Positions 1 through 13,730 of a stretch of DNA of 64,000 nucleotides are shown in pieces; position 1 is the stretch's first letter, and each line of letters starts with the position of its first letter. A program made the translations under genes and the position numbers. This stretch comes from Camelus ferus. Taxonomy: Eukaryota. The DNA lies in NCBI RefSeq assembly GCF_009834535.1, contig NC_045696.1:121832001-121896000 (forward strand), given 5' to 3'. Below the pieces are notes generated by a model. The model saw only the letters and a program-made list of their open reading frames with translations. It made no database searches and had not been told where the DNA came from.

Positions 1-101
1 TAAAATGTGCTTCTGCTCACTGAGTGAGGAAAAATAACCAGATGAACAAACGCTTTATACCGCTGAAGAAGAGGAAGGTGATTTTTCACTCTACTTTTCA
101 G

Positions 102-258
102 GTATGCGACTTTTCCTTGGATGTACCTGATCTCCAGAATCTTCTCCAGTTCCAACATTGCTTTCACCTCCTACAAGTCCTTGGACTTCATCTTTGGCCT
201 CCGCACCTTGCTGATGACCGTCATGCTCCGGCTGCTGGCCACCACCTCCAAAGTCCAG
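102..258 (+). pseudogene. ABCA13: ABCA13-like exon A (TMD2: [21 protein letters not shown]...ATTSKVQ)
   Basis: Flanked by tttcag| and |gtcagt. Translation closely matches remembered ABCA13 [21 protein letters not shown]...LLAIISKAK. This exon is open; the lesions are in the following exons. Confidence 0.9.
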
Positions 259-637
259 GTCAGTGAGTTTCAGTACTGCCGCCCCCAGGGCGCAGGGAGA
301 AGAGAGTGCTGACTCATGCCTGGTCTGTTACTTTCCAACTGAGATTAAATGAAATGTGCTAGTATCCACTGCCTTCAACCTCCAGGAAGAGAAATTGGCT
401 CTAAGTAACAGAAACGTCTGTGTCATGGTAAGAGCCTCCCCCAGGCTGGTGACCACAGCCAAAGCACGAGCATTTGGTGCTGTTCCCTTCGTGAGGCCAG
501 ACCCAGAGGCGTGCTCATGGCCGCATCCATGGGTGCGTTTGTGGATGAGTCACTGATTGATGGTTGAAGAGTGGATGTGGATGTGAAATGTGTCCTGGCG
601 AGGTGTCATGGGAGAGGGGTCAGATCTTCGTCTCTTT

Positions 638-716
638 GGGGTTGGATGCTCCAGGGTCATAGGTCCTCGGGGTCGGATGCTTCAGGGTCATCGGTCCTTG
701 GGGTCAGATGCTTCAA
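638..716. repeat. 31-bp tandem repeat, ~2.5 copies (ggggtcggatgcttcagggtcatcggtcctt)
   Basis: Copies start at 638, 669 and 700, with a degenerate partial copy at 616. Confidence 0.85.
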
Positions 717-1255
717 AGTGGGATTGGCCACAGTGGCAAACCACACTGTTGGACCACAGCAGGTCCAGATTATCTGGGTGATTCTGCCCTTTCTCCTCTG
801 ACCCCTGGAACTTATTTGGATTTGCTGCTTTCAAAATGTTGGAGCAAAGGGCTGCCCTGAGAAATGTCTCCTAATTAAGGAATGTGTCTCCTGGTGGGGA
901 GGATGCCCTTCTCAGAGAACCCTCTCTCCAGCAGGCCATTGGCATCAGCAGGCCAGTTTGGGTATTATCCCAGCAGGTGTCTAGATCAAGTGGAATCCAC
1001 TTGTGCTGACACATCCTTCTTGTCCCCTCCAGGCTCCTTCCGCCCATCTCCTCCTGGGAGGCCTGCCTAGGTCTTGCCTGCTTCAACTCACCTTCCGTTT
1101 TCCATCTTCCGCAGCCTACCCTGCGCTGCTTGTGGAGTAGACTCAGAGTTCACCCTCTCCTTTGCGTTTATGTCAACTTCTCTTTTACTTTCTCCTCTTG
1201 GCTCTGAGCACACTGTGCTCTCCTGGCTCCCTACTGTACAGACCCCCATTCCTCA

Positions 1256-1875
1256 TGTTACTGAACCAAACTCAGGTCCACTGCCCACGAGCAGTGAAGC
1301 CAGTCTTCTGACCCCTGGTGGTGTTGAAGGAAAGTGCAGAGTTTATTGCAGGTGCCCAGCAAGGAGTCCAGGCAGCCAGTGCTCAAAAGACCTGAACTCC
1401 CTGGAGGCTTTCAGGGAAAGATTGTCTTTTAAAGACAGGATGAGGGAGGGGGTCGCTGGGGGCATGATCAGCTCATCGACAGTCCTCTGACTGGTGGGTG
1501 GTGAGGTCACTGGGAGTCAACATCATCAACCTTCTGGTTCCAGCTGGTCTGGGGTCCACGTGCTTGTGGGCAGCATGCACCACAAGCTTCTTCCACCTGG
1601 TGGGGGTTTCAGTGTCTGCAAAACAGCTCAAAGCCCTTTGAGCTACAGCCCTTGAGGAGGAACTAAAGATGCTTGACTTTGTTTAGTGGCTAAACTAATA
1701 TTATTTTGTCTTGCTAGACTGTTTTCTTTCCATTCTGCGTTTTCTCACTTCTCCGATTAAATGTGCTCTTTGGAACTCAGGGCAGGCCTAGCAGGCTGAT
1801 GTTTTTCTACAGACAAGAGGCAGGTGGAGGACATGGAGGGGGGTCTTTTCCAGGAAGGCCCTGTGGGGTCCTCAG
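1256..1875 (-). mobile_element. ERV-type solo LTR
   Basis: Starts TGTTAC, has a reverse-strand AATAAA (tttatt ~1342) and LTR-like composition. The right end is approximate. Confidence 0.65.
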
Positions 1876-4633
1876 TAGTCCCGGTGTGTGATTGACTCAC
1901 AGGCTGAGAAAACAGTGTGGGAAACGCCCAGCCCTCCCAGTTCTGGCGGATGTGCTGCTGGTCGTGTCTCAGAGGGGTCCGGGACTGAGGCCTGCGTAAG
2001 TGGGGCGGGCTCGCTTCCTGACGCCTGGACTTGCCAAGACTTGGTAGGCTCTCCACTGATGGCTCCTATTAATTTTTGTGGTTATGCCTCATGTTTGTTT
2101 AGAAGCAGTGAGTTATGTAAACATCCATTATGCATTCAGTAAAAGGAACGATTTATTTTGGTGATTTTTATAGATCTGCTATTGACACTAATCTGGATTA
2201 ATGTGTCTAAACTTTAAATAGAAAACTCGCAAAACCATTAGTTGGTTTTAGGTTGAGGAGAACGTTGAAGTTAGCAGAGGCAGAACACAGATTTCCTCGT
2301 CCCCAGCAGGTCCCTAATGTCATGGATGGGGCAGAGCTGAAGCAGTTGGCCTCACCACTGATGGTGACACAAATGAGAAATCAGTGCTTGGTGTAGTAAT
2401 AAGCACTGAGATTTGGGGGATGTTTGTTACTATAGCAAAGCTAACTTATACATCATTAAACTGAAACCAGCTGCTGTCTTTAATAACAACAACAAAAAAT
2501 CATGGATGTCAGTCATGAACTAAGATGGGGAGGAAACCAGACTCAAGGTAGATGGACCTTATCGTGAGAACCTCGCAGCAGGATCTGCTCCAGGGGTCAG
2601 GATCTCAGATGGAAAAGGAGAGATCTTCCAGACCCAAAGAGGATCTAGCCAGGAACCTTTGTGTGGTGAGATCCTAATGCTTAGGTCGGTGGGAGGCATT
2701 GTTCCCTTCTGTTGTAAACAGAGTTGCTCACTTGGAGAGAAAATCAGCAGGTAATAGGTTGTTTGCAAAAAAAAGGGTCAAGCTCGATTGTTAACAGATA
2801 ATAAAAGGCATTTTATTGCTGTTCCTCAGGACTTTCTTTTCCTTTGCTCTTTATTTTGATGTTGTTTGCTTTAAAAACTCAACGTTATAAATAGGTGGTT
2901 TCAAATATTCATTTGTAAGTGAATGGAGCAATTGATACACGTTCATGGCATCAATAGAAGAATCCAAGAAAGGTGACTGGAGTGTCAGATCAGTGCCAAA
3001 AGCCAGTACAACTGGTATTGACCATTGCGTACACAACCTATAATGTTAATAAGAGCATTTTAGTTTTTACCACATCACAATTTATAAGCCAATGTCTATA
3101 GGAAATACATTTTGGGTTCTAACTCAAGGGCTGGGGCATCTGTCTCTCCCACTGGTGAGGCTTCCTTTTAAGTGGAGAGGGAGACTCACAGTTTCAGTAA
3201 TTTATTTCTCTGGATACTCAATCTCTAAGTATTGTAAGTCAGACACTTGTGAATTGCTGTTCGATGAATTTGTGTAGCTGCCCGCCTCCACGTGTGGATT
3301 ACTTGTCAACTCAGTGTCCATGCATCATGGACAGCTTTGTTCATGGCGGGGTAGGTACCTGGGGGTTCGTCACATTCAGATCTGAAGTCCTTATGGTTAT
3401 TTCCTGAATTGTCACTTCCTGAGTTAAAAGCTACAAAAGTCTACCGTTTCCATCTTACCACTAGTAAGACAAAAATCCTTTCATGTGGGACATTATTTGA
3501 TCCAGAGACTTTGTTTTATGAAAAGTTGGATTAATAGACCCCTTTAGGACTGGTTGACATCTGTAAATAGTGTCAATCAAGACAGGAATTGAAGGGAAAT
3601 TAAATGAACCTTTTGTGTTCTTCCCTTGTCTCTACGCGGAAGACGGTAAACCATCGTATAATAATACACGCCCCGAGAGGCTTCATTGAATTTTCTGTTG
3701 TCCCCAGTCACGTCAGTTGAGACTACTAATTGTGAACACCTGTGAGTGTGCATTACAAGGGAAAACTGGACCTTTTTGGGTGTGTAATATATAATTGACA
3801 CCTTTAATATTTTATTCTTTAATTTTCATATAACATACCCTGCTGTGTGTGATTAGGTACACATGGTGAGGATTTGACTTCCCTATAGAATATTATTGTT
3901 TGAACCAATTACTGAGTTTGAACATAGGGAGAGAAGGGCTCTAAAATGTGAGTCTGATTCTCAGTGATACTTGCATAGCATCATTTGTTAGTTGTGGTTC
4001 ACGTAGCCTTTCTGGGTTAAACTCTTTAGCTATACCGTATCTAAAAGTCAGTTCAACAAACCACGTTTTGGTGAATTTTCTCCAAATGTTGCGTTCCTTG
4101 GTGGAAAAACCTTATTCTTTGGACCCGACAGGTGGGGGTTGAGTCCTGGCCTTCCCACAGTGTGGTTTGGACACATTAATCAGCCACTTGAAACTGTGTT
4201 TGCGAATTCGTAACTGAATTTACTTCTTAGTACCTTGTACATTTATTGAGAGAATGAAATGCAGTAAAATTCAGTAAAGCGGGGAACATACAGTACTTCA
4301 CAGAAAGCACCTAGTAGACAGTGATTAACAGAGCAATAACTTGAATTTCATTATAAAACACCAGATTCACAAAACATCAGGTGGTAGAAACAATAATGAA
4401 ATTTATGGCAGATTCGTTTTATATATATATATATTCAATTTCAAATTGTATTTTTCAAATATCTTCATACTTTTTGGTTTCTCTGCAATTACATACTAAT
4501 TGTTCTCTTTCCATCTCCTTGGCCTTGTAATACTATTTAATTTGAATGTTAATGACAACTACGTATATTTAATATCTACTCTATGCTAAGTGTGAGCTAT
4601 TTTTCATGTTATGGAAATGTTCACAGTCACAGC

Positions 4634-5120
4634 TGTTGACGAAAATGATTGACCTAAGAAAGAAATGGAAAATTTTATTTGAGCCAGATTTGAGGATTGT
4701 AACCTGGGGAGAGCATCTCAGAAAGCTTTGAGAAGTGTTCCACCCATTACAAATCAAGGCGGTCATATACGTTTTTTGAGACAGAGGGCTGTGCATCAAA
4801 TGATGTATTACTGATAGTTTACATCATCCAGATCTATGCGTCATCCTGGTGGGTCATGTGACCCCTAACAGAGTCAAGAAGGAATGTTATCTTTTAAGGA
4901 TTTGTCTTGTTGGCACTAGGAGAATGTGGCTCTTTATGGTTGACCAGGTGTCCCGATCGATGCAGAATGCAGACACATGGTGCACAGTGCCAGGAGAGGA
5001 GGTCAGAGGGCAGAGAAGAATTTTTTATGTTTCAATTTTTGTTGTCTTGCCATAACATACGAATTTTATTTTACGCGCAATTTTCTTGTCTTGCCATAAA
5101 ATGTGAACTTTAATATTATC
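4634..5120 (-). mobile_element. ERV-type solo LTR
   Basis: Starts TGTTGAC with a reverse polyA signal near 4674. There is an internal duplication of ttgtcttgccataa near the right end. Confidence 0.6.
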
Positions 5121-5167
5121 CACTCATTTAGACACTCATGTCCTCCCACGAAATTAGCTACTCAAGT

Positions 5168-5850
5168 TCTTAGTCAGTTCGGGCTGCTCCAACACAATGC
5201 AATAGACTGAGTGCCCAAAACAACAGACTTATGTTTCTCATGGTTCTGGAGGCTGGGGTGTACCACGGTGCTGGCAGGTTCCTTCTCGCTGTGTCCTCGC
5301 ACCGCAGAGGGAAAGGATGCTCTGGTGTCTCTTCCTCTTCCTGTAAGAACACCGATCGCATCAAGGGTTGTACCTCAGACTTCCTCTAAACCCAGTCATC
5401 TCCCAAAGCCCCATATCGTAATACCATCACATTGAGGGTTAGGTCTTCAACACGTGCATTTGGGTCGGGGGGCAAACAGTCTATCAGATTCCCCTCCTGG
5501 CCCCCCCAAATTATGTCCTTCACGTATGAAAAATACATTAATCTACCCCAGCAGCCCCCAAAGTCTAAACCCGTTCTAGTCCAAAGTTCCATCTAAATAT
5601 CATCTACATCAGAGATGGGAGAGACTCGAGGTACATTCATCTTGAGGCAGAGTTCCCCTCGCCTTGTGAACCTGTGAAACCAGGTAAGTTACGCACTTCC
5701 AAAATACAGTGCTAGGACAGGCATAGGTGAGATGTTTACATTCCAAAAGGAAGACGTTGGAAGACAGAAAGAGGGGAGGGGTCCCAGCGGAGTCTAAAAC
5801 CGCGCAGGGCTGAACCCTTAGGGCTTCAGGCTGGAGAATACTCGTCTTGG
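5168..5850 (-). mobile_element. MaLR MLT1 LTR plus adjacent internal sequence
   Basis: Reverse MLT1 signature cttagtcagttcgggctgct...ttctggaggctgg. Similar to the copy at 34310. Confidence 0.75.
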
Positions 5851-5963
5851 ATTTGATGGCTGTCTGCAGGTATCCTTGAGTGGCTGGGATTGGGAGTTCC
5901 AACAAGGAGAAATGGGAATTATGAAGCACTTTTCATTTGATTTCTCTGTCTTTCACTGCACAG

Positions 5964-6216
5964 AATTTGCAGAATATCTGTGATGTCTTCAAGTGAGTGT
6001 TCACTATTTTCCCTCAATTCTGCCTGGGCCAAGGATTGATAGAACTCTGTTACAGTCAGATCAAATATGATTTGACCCACAACTTCAGCTTGGATTCCTA
6101 CATGAGTCCCTTTGAGATGAACTTCTGGGCTGGATCTTTGTGCACCTGGCCTCACAAGGCACAGTTGTGCTCCTCTTGAGGATTCTGCTGCACTGGGGCC
6201 TTCTGCAGTGGTCTAG
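5964..6216 (+). pseudogene. ABCA13: ABCA13-like exon B ([27 protein letters not shown]...LQWS), disabled
   Basis: Flanked by cacag| and |gtac. TGA at 5994-5996 replaces the W of the [16 protein letters not shown] motif. A 1-nt deletion near 6125 shifts the frame ([17 protein letters not shown] continues in another frame). Confidence 0.92.
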
Positions 6217-8367
6217 GTACATCCCACAGGGCGCATCCTTGAGTGGTACCCACTTCTGGATGAAGAGGGAGGGGAAACTCCATCCTGGAGGTTGCAAGAT
6301 AAGACGTGTGTCTGATCAGTATTACACACTGCTCTAATAGTTCAGATTTTATGTTTTCTTGGTTTGTTTTGTTGGTTGGGAAGTTCAGTGCTGATAACTT
6401 ATATTAGTAATAATGCATCCCCTCATGAGCAGTGGCCCATGGTCTGCTCCTGGTGTGGAGCGGAGTGCAGGCCCAGAGGCCACTGGGGTGCCACCCTCAC
6501 GTCTCTTGCACTTGCTCCCATCCCGCGGCCCTGCTGGTTGTCCTCTCAGCTCTGGCCACATACCAGTGAGGTTGGGTGGGTTTGGGGAGGTGCCCTGTTT
6601 ATTCTCTGTCTGGTCTGGAGCTGGACTTTGTGCTCTGTACCCCAGATGCCGGCTGGGTCTGGGCAGTCCCATGGCCCAGGGCCGCATGTGCCTTCTGACC
6701 TTAGGTGTACTGACCCTCTGGAAGGTTCAGCCACAGCTAGTACCCATCAGGTTGCTTCCTTTGTAGAACAGTGACATTTTTTTATGGTTGCCACTGGAAG
6801 ATGACTAAGGGGCACATTTCTGAGTGCAGGTGAATGGACTGCGTGTTGGATCATTGCAAGCCCAGTAGAAGTGACCCCTCCCATTGTCCTTCACCCATCA
6901 GAGTAACTCGAGATGTGAAGAAGCGTGCGGGACCCTGATTTCAGAGGCTCTAGGGGTGGGACCCAGGGAGGATTTGTAAGTCTCCGAGGAGAGTGTAACG
7001 AGGAGAGGGTCAGAACTGCTGTTGTGGGTGCCTTGGGGTGGGTCCTGGAAACAGGAAGGAATAAGGGAGTATGGTTTCCTGGTAGAGTGAGAAAAGACCT
7101 CTGGAAGGCAGGCCAGGCTGAAGGGTCAAGGAGTGCACTCTCAGCGGGGGAAGGGGAAGGTAACTGTCAAGCAGAAATGAGTAAAACTTGATGATTTTCC
7201 ACAGCTTGAACACACCTGTGCTCCCTTCTTCCAGACTGAGCACTCTCAGCATCTCCGCAGCCCCCTCACAACCTGCTCTAGTCAATGACCGCTCCGCGGA
7301 GGACTGCCTTTCTTATTTGTGCCCCCGTCGGTTCCTGTCTCATGCTTTTGGAAACTATGTAGATTACATGGTATAACATAGACGCCAGAGGGTCTCCCTG
7401 TATTTTCTCATCACCTCTGTTGTGTTGAAAACATCATCTGTTTGTCCAGTGGTGATTTCAGGTATGGAAAAGAATAGTACAAAGGAAAGATCTGGGGGCA
7501 CCTGGCTCTGGCAGTGGATGTTTTATTTTATTTTTAATCCTTTTTATTTTAAAATAGTTTCACTCACAAGAAATAGCAAAATAAGTACAGAGTTCTTATG
7601 TCCCCTTCACCCAGCTTCTCTCAATGATGTCATGATAATGTAATAATACGTTACATGACAATATGACATTGAGAAAGCCAGGAAATTGATGTTGGCACAA
7701 CACTCTCGGTGATCTGTACTCATTTAGTTATTAAAATATTGGCATATTACAGTTTGCAGAAATGGAGATTTATGTGAAAGCTCAAATGCACCGGAATGAA
7801 AAACACAAGGAAGATTGAAAAGTGAGCAGCTCAGATTTAGAGTAAATAAATTAGACTTGAAAATTAAATTTGTATTTGTCCAACAGACATGTAAGTCTGT
7901 TGGGCCAGGCATTGAGCACAGGGCTTGCCGTGCAATCCTTTTATACAATCCAGCATACGCTATAGGACTATATAGTGTTTGGGTCCTTTTGTGTGTAACC
8001 TACTTTATAACATTACTGTTTGCTAAAAGTGCTTACATGAGTTGATCTCTTTTTATTCTAATAAACTATTTGTCCCTCCAACACGAAAGTCTGGCATGAC
8101 TTTATTATTCATCAAATTGAAGAGTCATTCTAGTTTGGTGTCCATCCACGTCGCTTTCAGGCACACGCACATTTCCTTCACGTTAAGGGATGAATACTGA
8201 CTCTGTGGTTATCAGTCACCAGGATGGCAGAACTGGGGTGCATGCACCGCAGCTGATACTGCAGACTCGGAAGACCGTATCTTCTGTTTGGGTGACCTCT
8301 GAGCCGCCCCCTCTCTGGATTCTTCCAGCCCCATTTCCCAGGAGTGAATTAACTCTCACTTCTCCAG

Positions 8368-8560
8368 GCGTCCTTCTGCCATTCAGGGCACAGTCACATT
8401 TTCTAAGGACATAGATGTTGGAAAGGAGTAAATGAGGGTGTTGAAAGGAAGAACCTATGGAGACATTCTCATGTTGTACAACCTTAGTAAAAGTTACAGA
8501 AGCTTTTTCAAGAGAAGCACCGCTGTGCAAGACATAAGCTTGGGTGTAAGAAGAGGAGAG
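8368..8560 (+). pseudogene. ABCA13: ABCA13-like exon C (...[30 protein letters not shown]...[13 protein letters not shown]), disabled
   Basis: Flanked by ctccag| and |gtaaaa, phase-compatible with exon B. In-frame TAA at 8429-8431. Confidence 0.92.
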
Positions 8561-9682
8561 GTAAAAAAGCTGCTCTTTGTTACTTTTCTGCTGCAAACCC
8601 CTCTTCCTCTTAATTGTTGACCTGCTTGTGTAGTCTCAGAATACCTAAAATCAGCTAAGAGCAGCCTTCACATTTCAGAAATTTCTGCAGAATCCGAGTA
8701 GAGAGTCAGTCGGCTCTTTCCTAGTGAAAACTTTGCTGGTTGATGGGGTTCATTCCATTTCATAATTTTTTTTTAATGTAAGTGATTCAGGAGTTTCAAT
8801 GATTGGGCTAGGGGATTTTTCTATTGAGTGCAAATATTTTATAAATGCAACTAATGAAGGAAACCACATCTAACTCTTGCTTGGGCATCAGTACTCTTTA
8901 AGTGGCCAGTTCAACCCACCTAGTGAAATGCTGTTCTGCAAAGGTAAAAACGCTCACACCCTATAATAATAACTCAGAACTTTTTTTCATGAATACGACA
9001 CTAATTCTAGTAGAAATATTCAATCTGAATGGACAGGAGCCGTATGAATTGTTTCTGACTTGTGCTTCATGCGTGAAGGAAAATAGTTCTGGAAATAATT
9101 ACCTTGAATTAACTTAAAAATAAGAGAGTACCTTGCAGTTGTATTGTTCCAAGCTTCTGAGAAATTCAAAGTAGGTTATATCATCACTCTGCTGTGAGTG
9201 GCAAACAGGCATTTCAGAGCTGAGTATTCTTAGGTGAAGAGAAGCCAAGAGATTGATCTGAGTCAATCCAGGAACCCCCTTACATCCAGCACTGAGGTGT
9301 GTGGTCAAATGGGAGAAGATGCTGAAATTTTTTTTTTAATAGTTTACTACCCAACTTTAAGACCAGCTACACAAACTTCACCATCTTACTGAGCTATATT
9401 TTTTTAATCTTCGCTTTAAAAAAATAATCTTTAGTTTTGCCGCTACCTCTCCATGGTAATTTTAGACTCAAGGGTAAGAGAAGAACTTGGAAACCTTCGT
9501 AAGAGAGGTGCTCCAGTATCTGAAATGATCCAAGATGTCATTTACATCTGGGTTCTCTTTGCTAGACGTTTTCCCAGCATCTCAGTTTAATTACTGAGTT
9601 GGAATGGAAGAATCCGCAGAAGAGACAGAGATGGCTCAGATACGTCCCTGTCCCTCCAGGAATGAATAACTGTGTAAGATCT

Positions 9683-10163
9683 ACAAAGCAGAAACAGGTT
9701 CGCAGACGTAGTAAACAATCTTATTTTTTTTTCCATTAAAGGTTATTACAAAGTATTGAACATAGTTCCCTGTGCTATACAGTAGAAAATTTTTTTAAAG
9801 TCTATTTTTATATATAGTGGCCAACATTTGTAAATCTCAAACTCCCAAATTTATCACTTCCCACCCCCTTTCCCTGGTAACCATGAGTTTGTTTACTAAG
9901 TCTGTGAGTCTGTTTCTGTTCTGTAGATGGGTTCGTAATTGTCTCTTTTTTTGTTTGTTTAGATTCCACAGATAAGTGATATCATATGGTATTTTTCTTT
10001 CTGACTTACTTCGCTTAGAATGACTATCTCCAGGTCCATCCATGTTGCTGCAAATGGCATTATTTCGTTCTTTTTTATGGCTGAGTAGTATTCCATTGTA
10101 TAAATATACCACAACTTCTTTATCCAGTCATCTGTTGATGAATATTTAGATTGCTTCCATGTG
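9683..10163 (-). mobile_element. L1 3' end (reverse), preceded by a ~40-bp forward L1 3'UTR piece
   Basis: Contains the L1 3' consensus ccatccatgttgctgcaaatggc...ggctgagtagtattccattgt. The forward piece acaaagcagaaacag starts at 9683. Confidence 0.85.
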
Positions 10164-10206
10164 ATGTATTTTGCTTATTATTGTTTACCTTGTTTTCCCC
10201 TCTCAG

Positions 10207-10315
10207 TTCTTTGGGCTCCTGGGGTGAACGGAGCTGGGAAGACCACCACGTTCAAAATGCTTGAATGGAGACATCCCTCTGACCTCCAGACACGCCGTCA
10301 TCAGGACACCCATGG
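10207..10315 (+). pseudogene. ABCA13: ABCA13-like exon D with NBD2 Walker A ([35 protein letters not shown]), disabled
   Basis: Flanked by ctcag| and |gtaaag. One G is missing in the G-V codons, giving TGA at 10225-10227. There is a 1-nt insertion near 10261. The GAGKTT motif is readable in the shifted frame. Confidence 0.9.
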
Positions 10316-12387
10316 GTAAAGTCCAGATTTAATCATTTTTGCTGCTTATTGAGTAACTGTCGGTCCCCAGCATCCCCTCCCAGCATCCTGTGCACCAGAG
10401 TCTGTGGATGTCATTGTCCTCCAGATTTACCTTCTGGTGAGCACTCCTCGGAAGGGGGAAAAGAGCCTCCAGATGCGAATGAAATGAACTTGGTGTTTCT
10501 GGCCAAAGGGTTGAGGAGGTGTTGGCAAGAAGCAGCCAAGGGCTGACCCCTTTCAGAGGCACCAGGTGGGTTTTAGGTGTCCAGCTGCTCCCTGCCTTGG
10601 GTAGCTCAGGTGAGCAGGAAGCGGCTGGGGCTGGTTATTCCTGCTTTTTGCCATGGGGTGGAGCGTCAGGTCCCCTCGCTAATGTGGAGGTGCCGGGAGG
10701 GGCTGGGTGCTTTCATTTGTCTGGCCACCCGGACCTGACTTTTGGGTGGTACAGTAATTCTCCAGCTCCTCCTCCACAAGCCACCCATGTGAGTCCCAAT
10801 ACTTTATTTGTTCCTATATTCCATCCTATATCCCACTTTTCTTATTTTCAGTATGCTATGAGAAGTTCCTGGCATTTTTTTTTTTCTTTCTTTTTAAATT
10901 GAAGTAAAGTCAGTTTACAGTGTTATGTCGGTTTACAGTGTCTTGTCAGTTTCTGGTGTACAACATCATGTTTCGGTCACACATCCGGCATTACATCTTT
11001 TCTCTTTGTCCTACTGAGTGAATTCACGGTAACTTGATAACAGATTTCCAGAGTCTGTTGTTGAACTGAAACAGAGAACGCTCCATGCCTGCTGTCTGCT
11101 CTCTAAAGGTCATTGTAGAAACAGCCATCGAGTTCTCAGCACTGTATTTGAGTTCAGTCTCTCTACTGCAGATCTTAGAGCTATTCTGAAATAGACTTGG
11201 AAATGATTTGCTTGGGATTATCGTATATTGGTGCCAATATAGTCATTGGAAAGAGTTGTTCAAAAAAATCATAATTACTCATTAATTAGCCAAAGTTCTG
11301 CATCGACAAATACTAATTGTCCATCTCTGATGTGCCTGGTGCCAAGAAGACGAAAAACTTTCCTGTAATCCTAAAGTCCAGTGTTAATATTTATGCCTCC
11401 TACTAGTTTAAACAGACATACATATCTGTGTGCATAGATTTAATTTGATCTGTTATCTGCTGTGTATGTACATTGCAAAATCCTCTTCAACAATACTTAT
11501 TAAAAGGTTAAATTTTTTGCGAGTCTGGTGGGCATGCGATCGCATTGTTAAATTCATCTGTGCTCCCTTAATCACTCATGAACTTGATTACATCGAGTGC
11601 CTTCTCCACGTTTATTTGCTGCCCAGGATTTCTTTTGCCAATTGTCTGCCACATCCACTGTCCTTTTCCTATAAGGTTGTCTTTTTGTCACTCATTATGT
11701 ACGGGTTTTTAATACATTGAACTGGCAACAAATCCTTTGTGTGTGTTAAGTATTATCTTTCAGCGGTACCCTGTGTTTTAACTTTGTTTTAAAAGTGTAC
11801 GTAGAGAAGTTCTCAGTTTTGATAGAACCAGTTGATCATTTTTCCCTTTCGTATTTCTTGCTTTTCGAATTCTTGCAAATTCTTCTTTTTCTAAGGAGAC
11901 AGAACTATTCTTCATATTTTCTCTTCAAAGGCTTATTTTCTACATTCATGTCTTTAATTTATGTGGAATTCATATTTGAATATATTGTGTAGTACAAATA
12001 CAGTTTTCTTTTTCTGTCCAGAATTCCAGTTTGCCTAGTGCTGGTTTCTCAACAAATTATCTTTCACCCATCAGTTGGGAACACTTCTGTTGCACACGGA
12101 GCTCTCAGATAGACTGGACCATCTTAACTCCTCTTCCTTCGGGGTGCATCCTAGTGGTTTCCAAAACCTTCAGTCTTTCCAGCTCTTCATTTTCAGAATT
12201 GTTTGGACTATTCTGGGCCTTTATTAAGTACTATTTCTGGAATCATTTTGCCAACCTGCATAAAAATGTCACAATATTTGAATATTGTTGTCTGCCTTAT
12301 CCTTAATTTAAGCTTAACTTTATACAGGTCACTTTAAAAACATCATTCAGTTGCGTTGCACTTTTCTTTCTAGAGTCCTCCCACATC

Positions 12388-12735
12388 TTTTTTTTTTAAT
12401 TGAAGTATAGTCAGTTACAATGTCAATTTCTGATGTACAGCCTCATGTCCCAGTCATGCATATATATACATATATTTGTTTTCATATTCTTTTTCACTAA
12501 AGATTATTATAAGATACTGAATATGGTTCCCTGTGCTATACAGAAGAAATTTGTTTTTTTTAATCTATTTTTATATATAGTAGTTAATATTTGCAAATCT
12601 CAAACTCCCAGATTTATTCCTTGCCACCCACTCTCCCCGGTAACCATTAGATTGTTTACTGTGTCTGTGAGCCTGTTTCTGGTTTGTAGATGAGTTCATT
12701 GGGGGTTTTTTTTGTTTTTTTTTTTTTTTTAGATT
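12388..12735 (-). mobile_element. Short L1 3'UTR insertion
   Basis: Poly-T followed by aattgaagtatagtcagttacaatg; same family as the copies at 20603 and 36593. Confidence 0.8.
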
Positions 12736-13730
12736 TATTCATCCAGATGAATTAGGAGGGAGGTTATTCATCTCTTAATTGTTTTTGTTTGTTTGCACTT
12801 TCTTCTTCTTTGATTTTTTCCACGGCTTTTAGATTTTGCTGGCTCACCTTGCAGGTGAGTTTATGTGCTTTTGCTGTCAGTCTGTCTTTTTCTATCTTTC
12901 CCCTTCTGTGTTTCAGTTTGTTGCTCCTTCTGCTTCTTATCCCGTGGTCCAGGGCCAGGTCTTAATATGGACAGTTCGGGGTTCCCTTTTCTGGTCACTG
13001 CGGGCGGGCCGTAGTCCTGGTCTTGCACCAGGACCTGGCCAGGAAGATGAGCATCTTGGAGGTAGCCTGAGCTCCAGGCAGCATCCCTAGCCTCCTTCCA
13101 GGAGAGGCAGGGCTGGAGACCAGGTACCACTCACTGAGCTTGCTTTTGGTCCCTCTCCACCCATGTATGAGTGCTTTTAGTTCCCACCACCTCTCAGGGG
13201 CCCAGTTCCTAGCTGCTGTATGTAATTCAGGACCAGAAGATGGCAGCCAGTGGCTATAGACCTGCTTCCTGCATCCCCTTGTTTCTGCACAAAGATGCTT
13301 ATTTTGGCGTGTGTTTTCTTATTCTAGACACTAGTCACAAAGCAGTGAATGAGGCAGATGAAAATCTATTCATCATTTTTGCTTGGAGAGGGAGAGAAAT
13401 GTAAAGCCTGGTGGCCACAATTCTCATTGGAATTTTAATTGGTTTTATGTTGCATTTATAGATTAACTTGAAAAGAGCTGACAGGTTAATGTGTTTTCTC
13501 ATCTGCAGACCTTGAATATTTTTCACAAACTGAAATAAATCTAACTCATTTAGAAAAGTTTTAATCCATCTAGAATACAGTGCATGTCCCAGGAATTCAT
13601 GAAACAAGCATCTCCTTCTTCTCTTATGGTTATGGTTATGAAACCTCTGATTTCAATTCTCCTTTTTTGTTCTCCCCAGAACTATCAAAACAGTGTAAAA
13701 GGCTAGTGCATCCTATTACTCAGTTAATGG

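Noticed and set aside
638..716. Short direct repeats as a possible CRISPR-like array
   Set aside because: The units are contiguous without spacers and lie in a mammalian intron.
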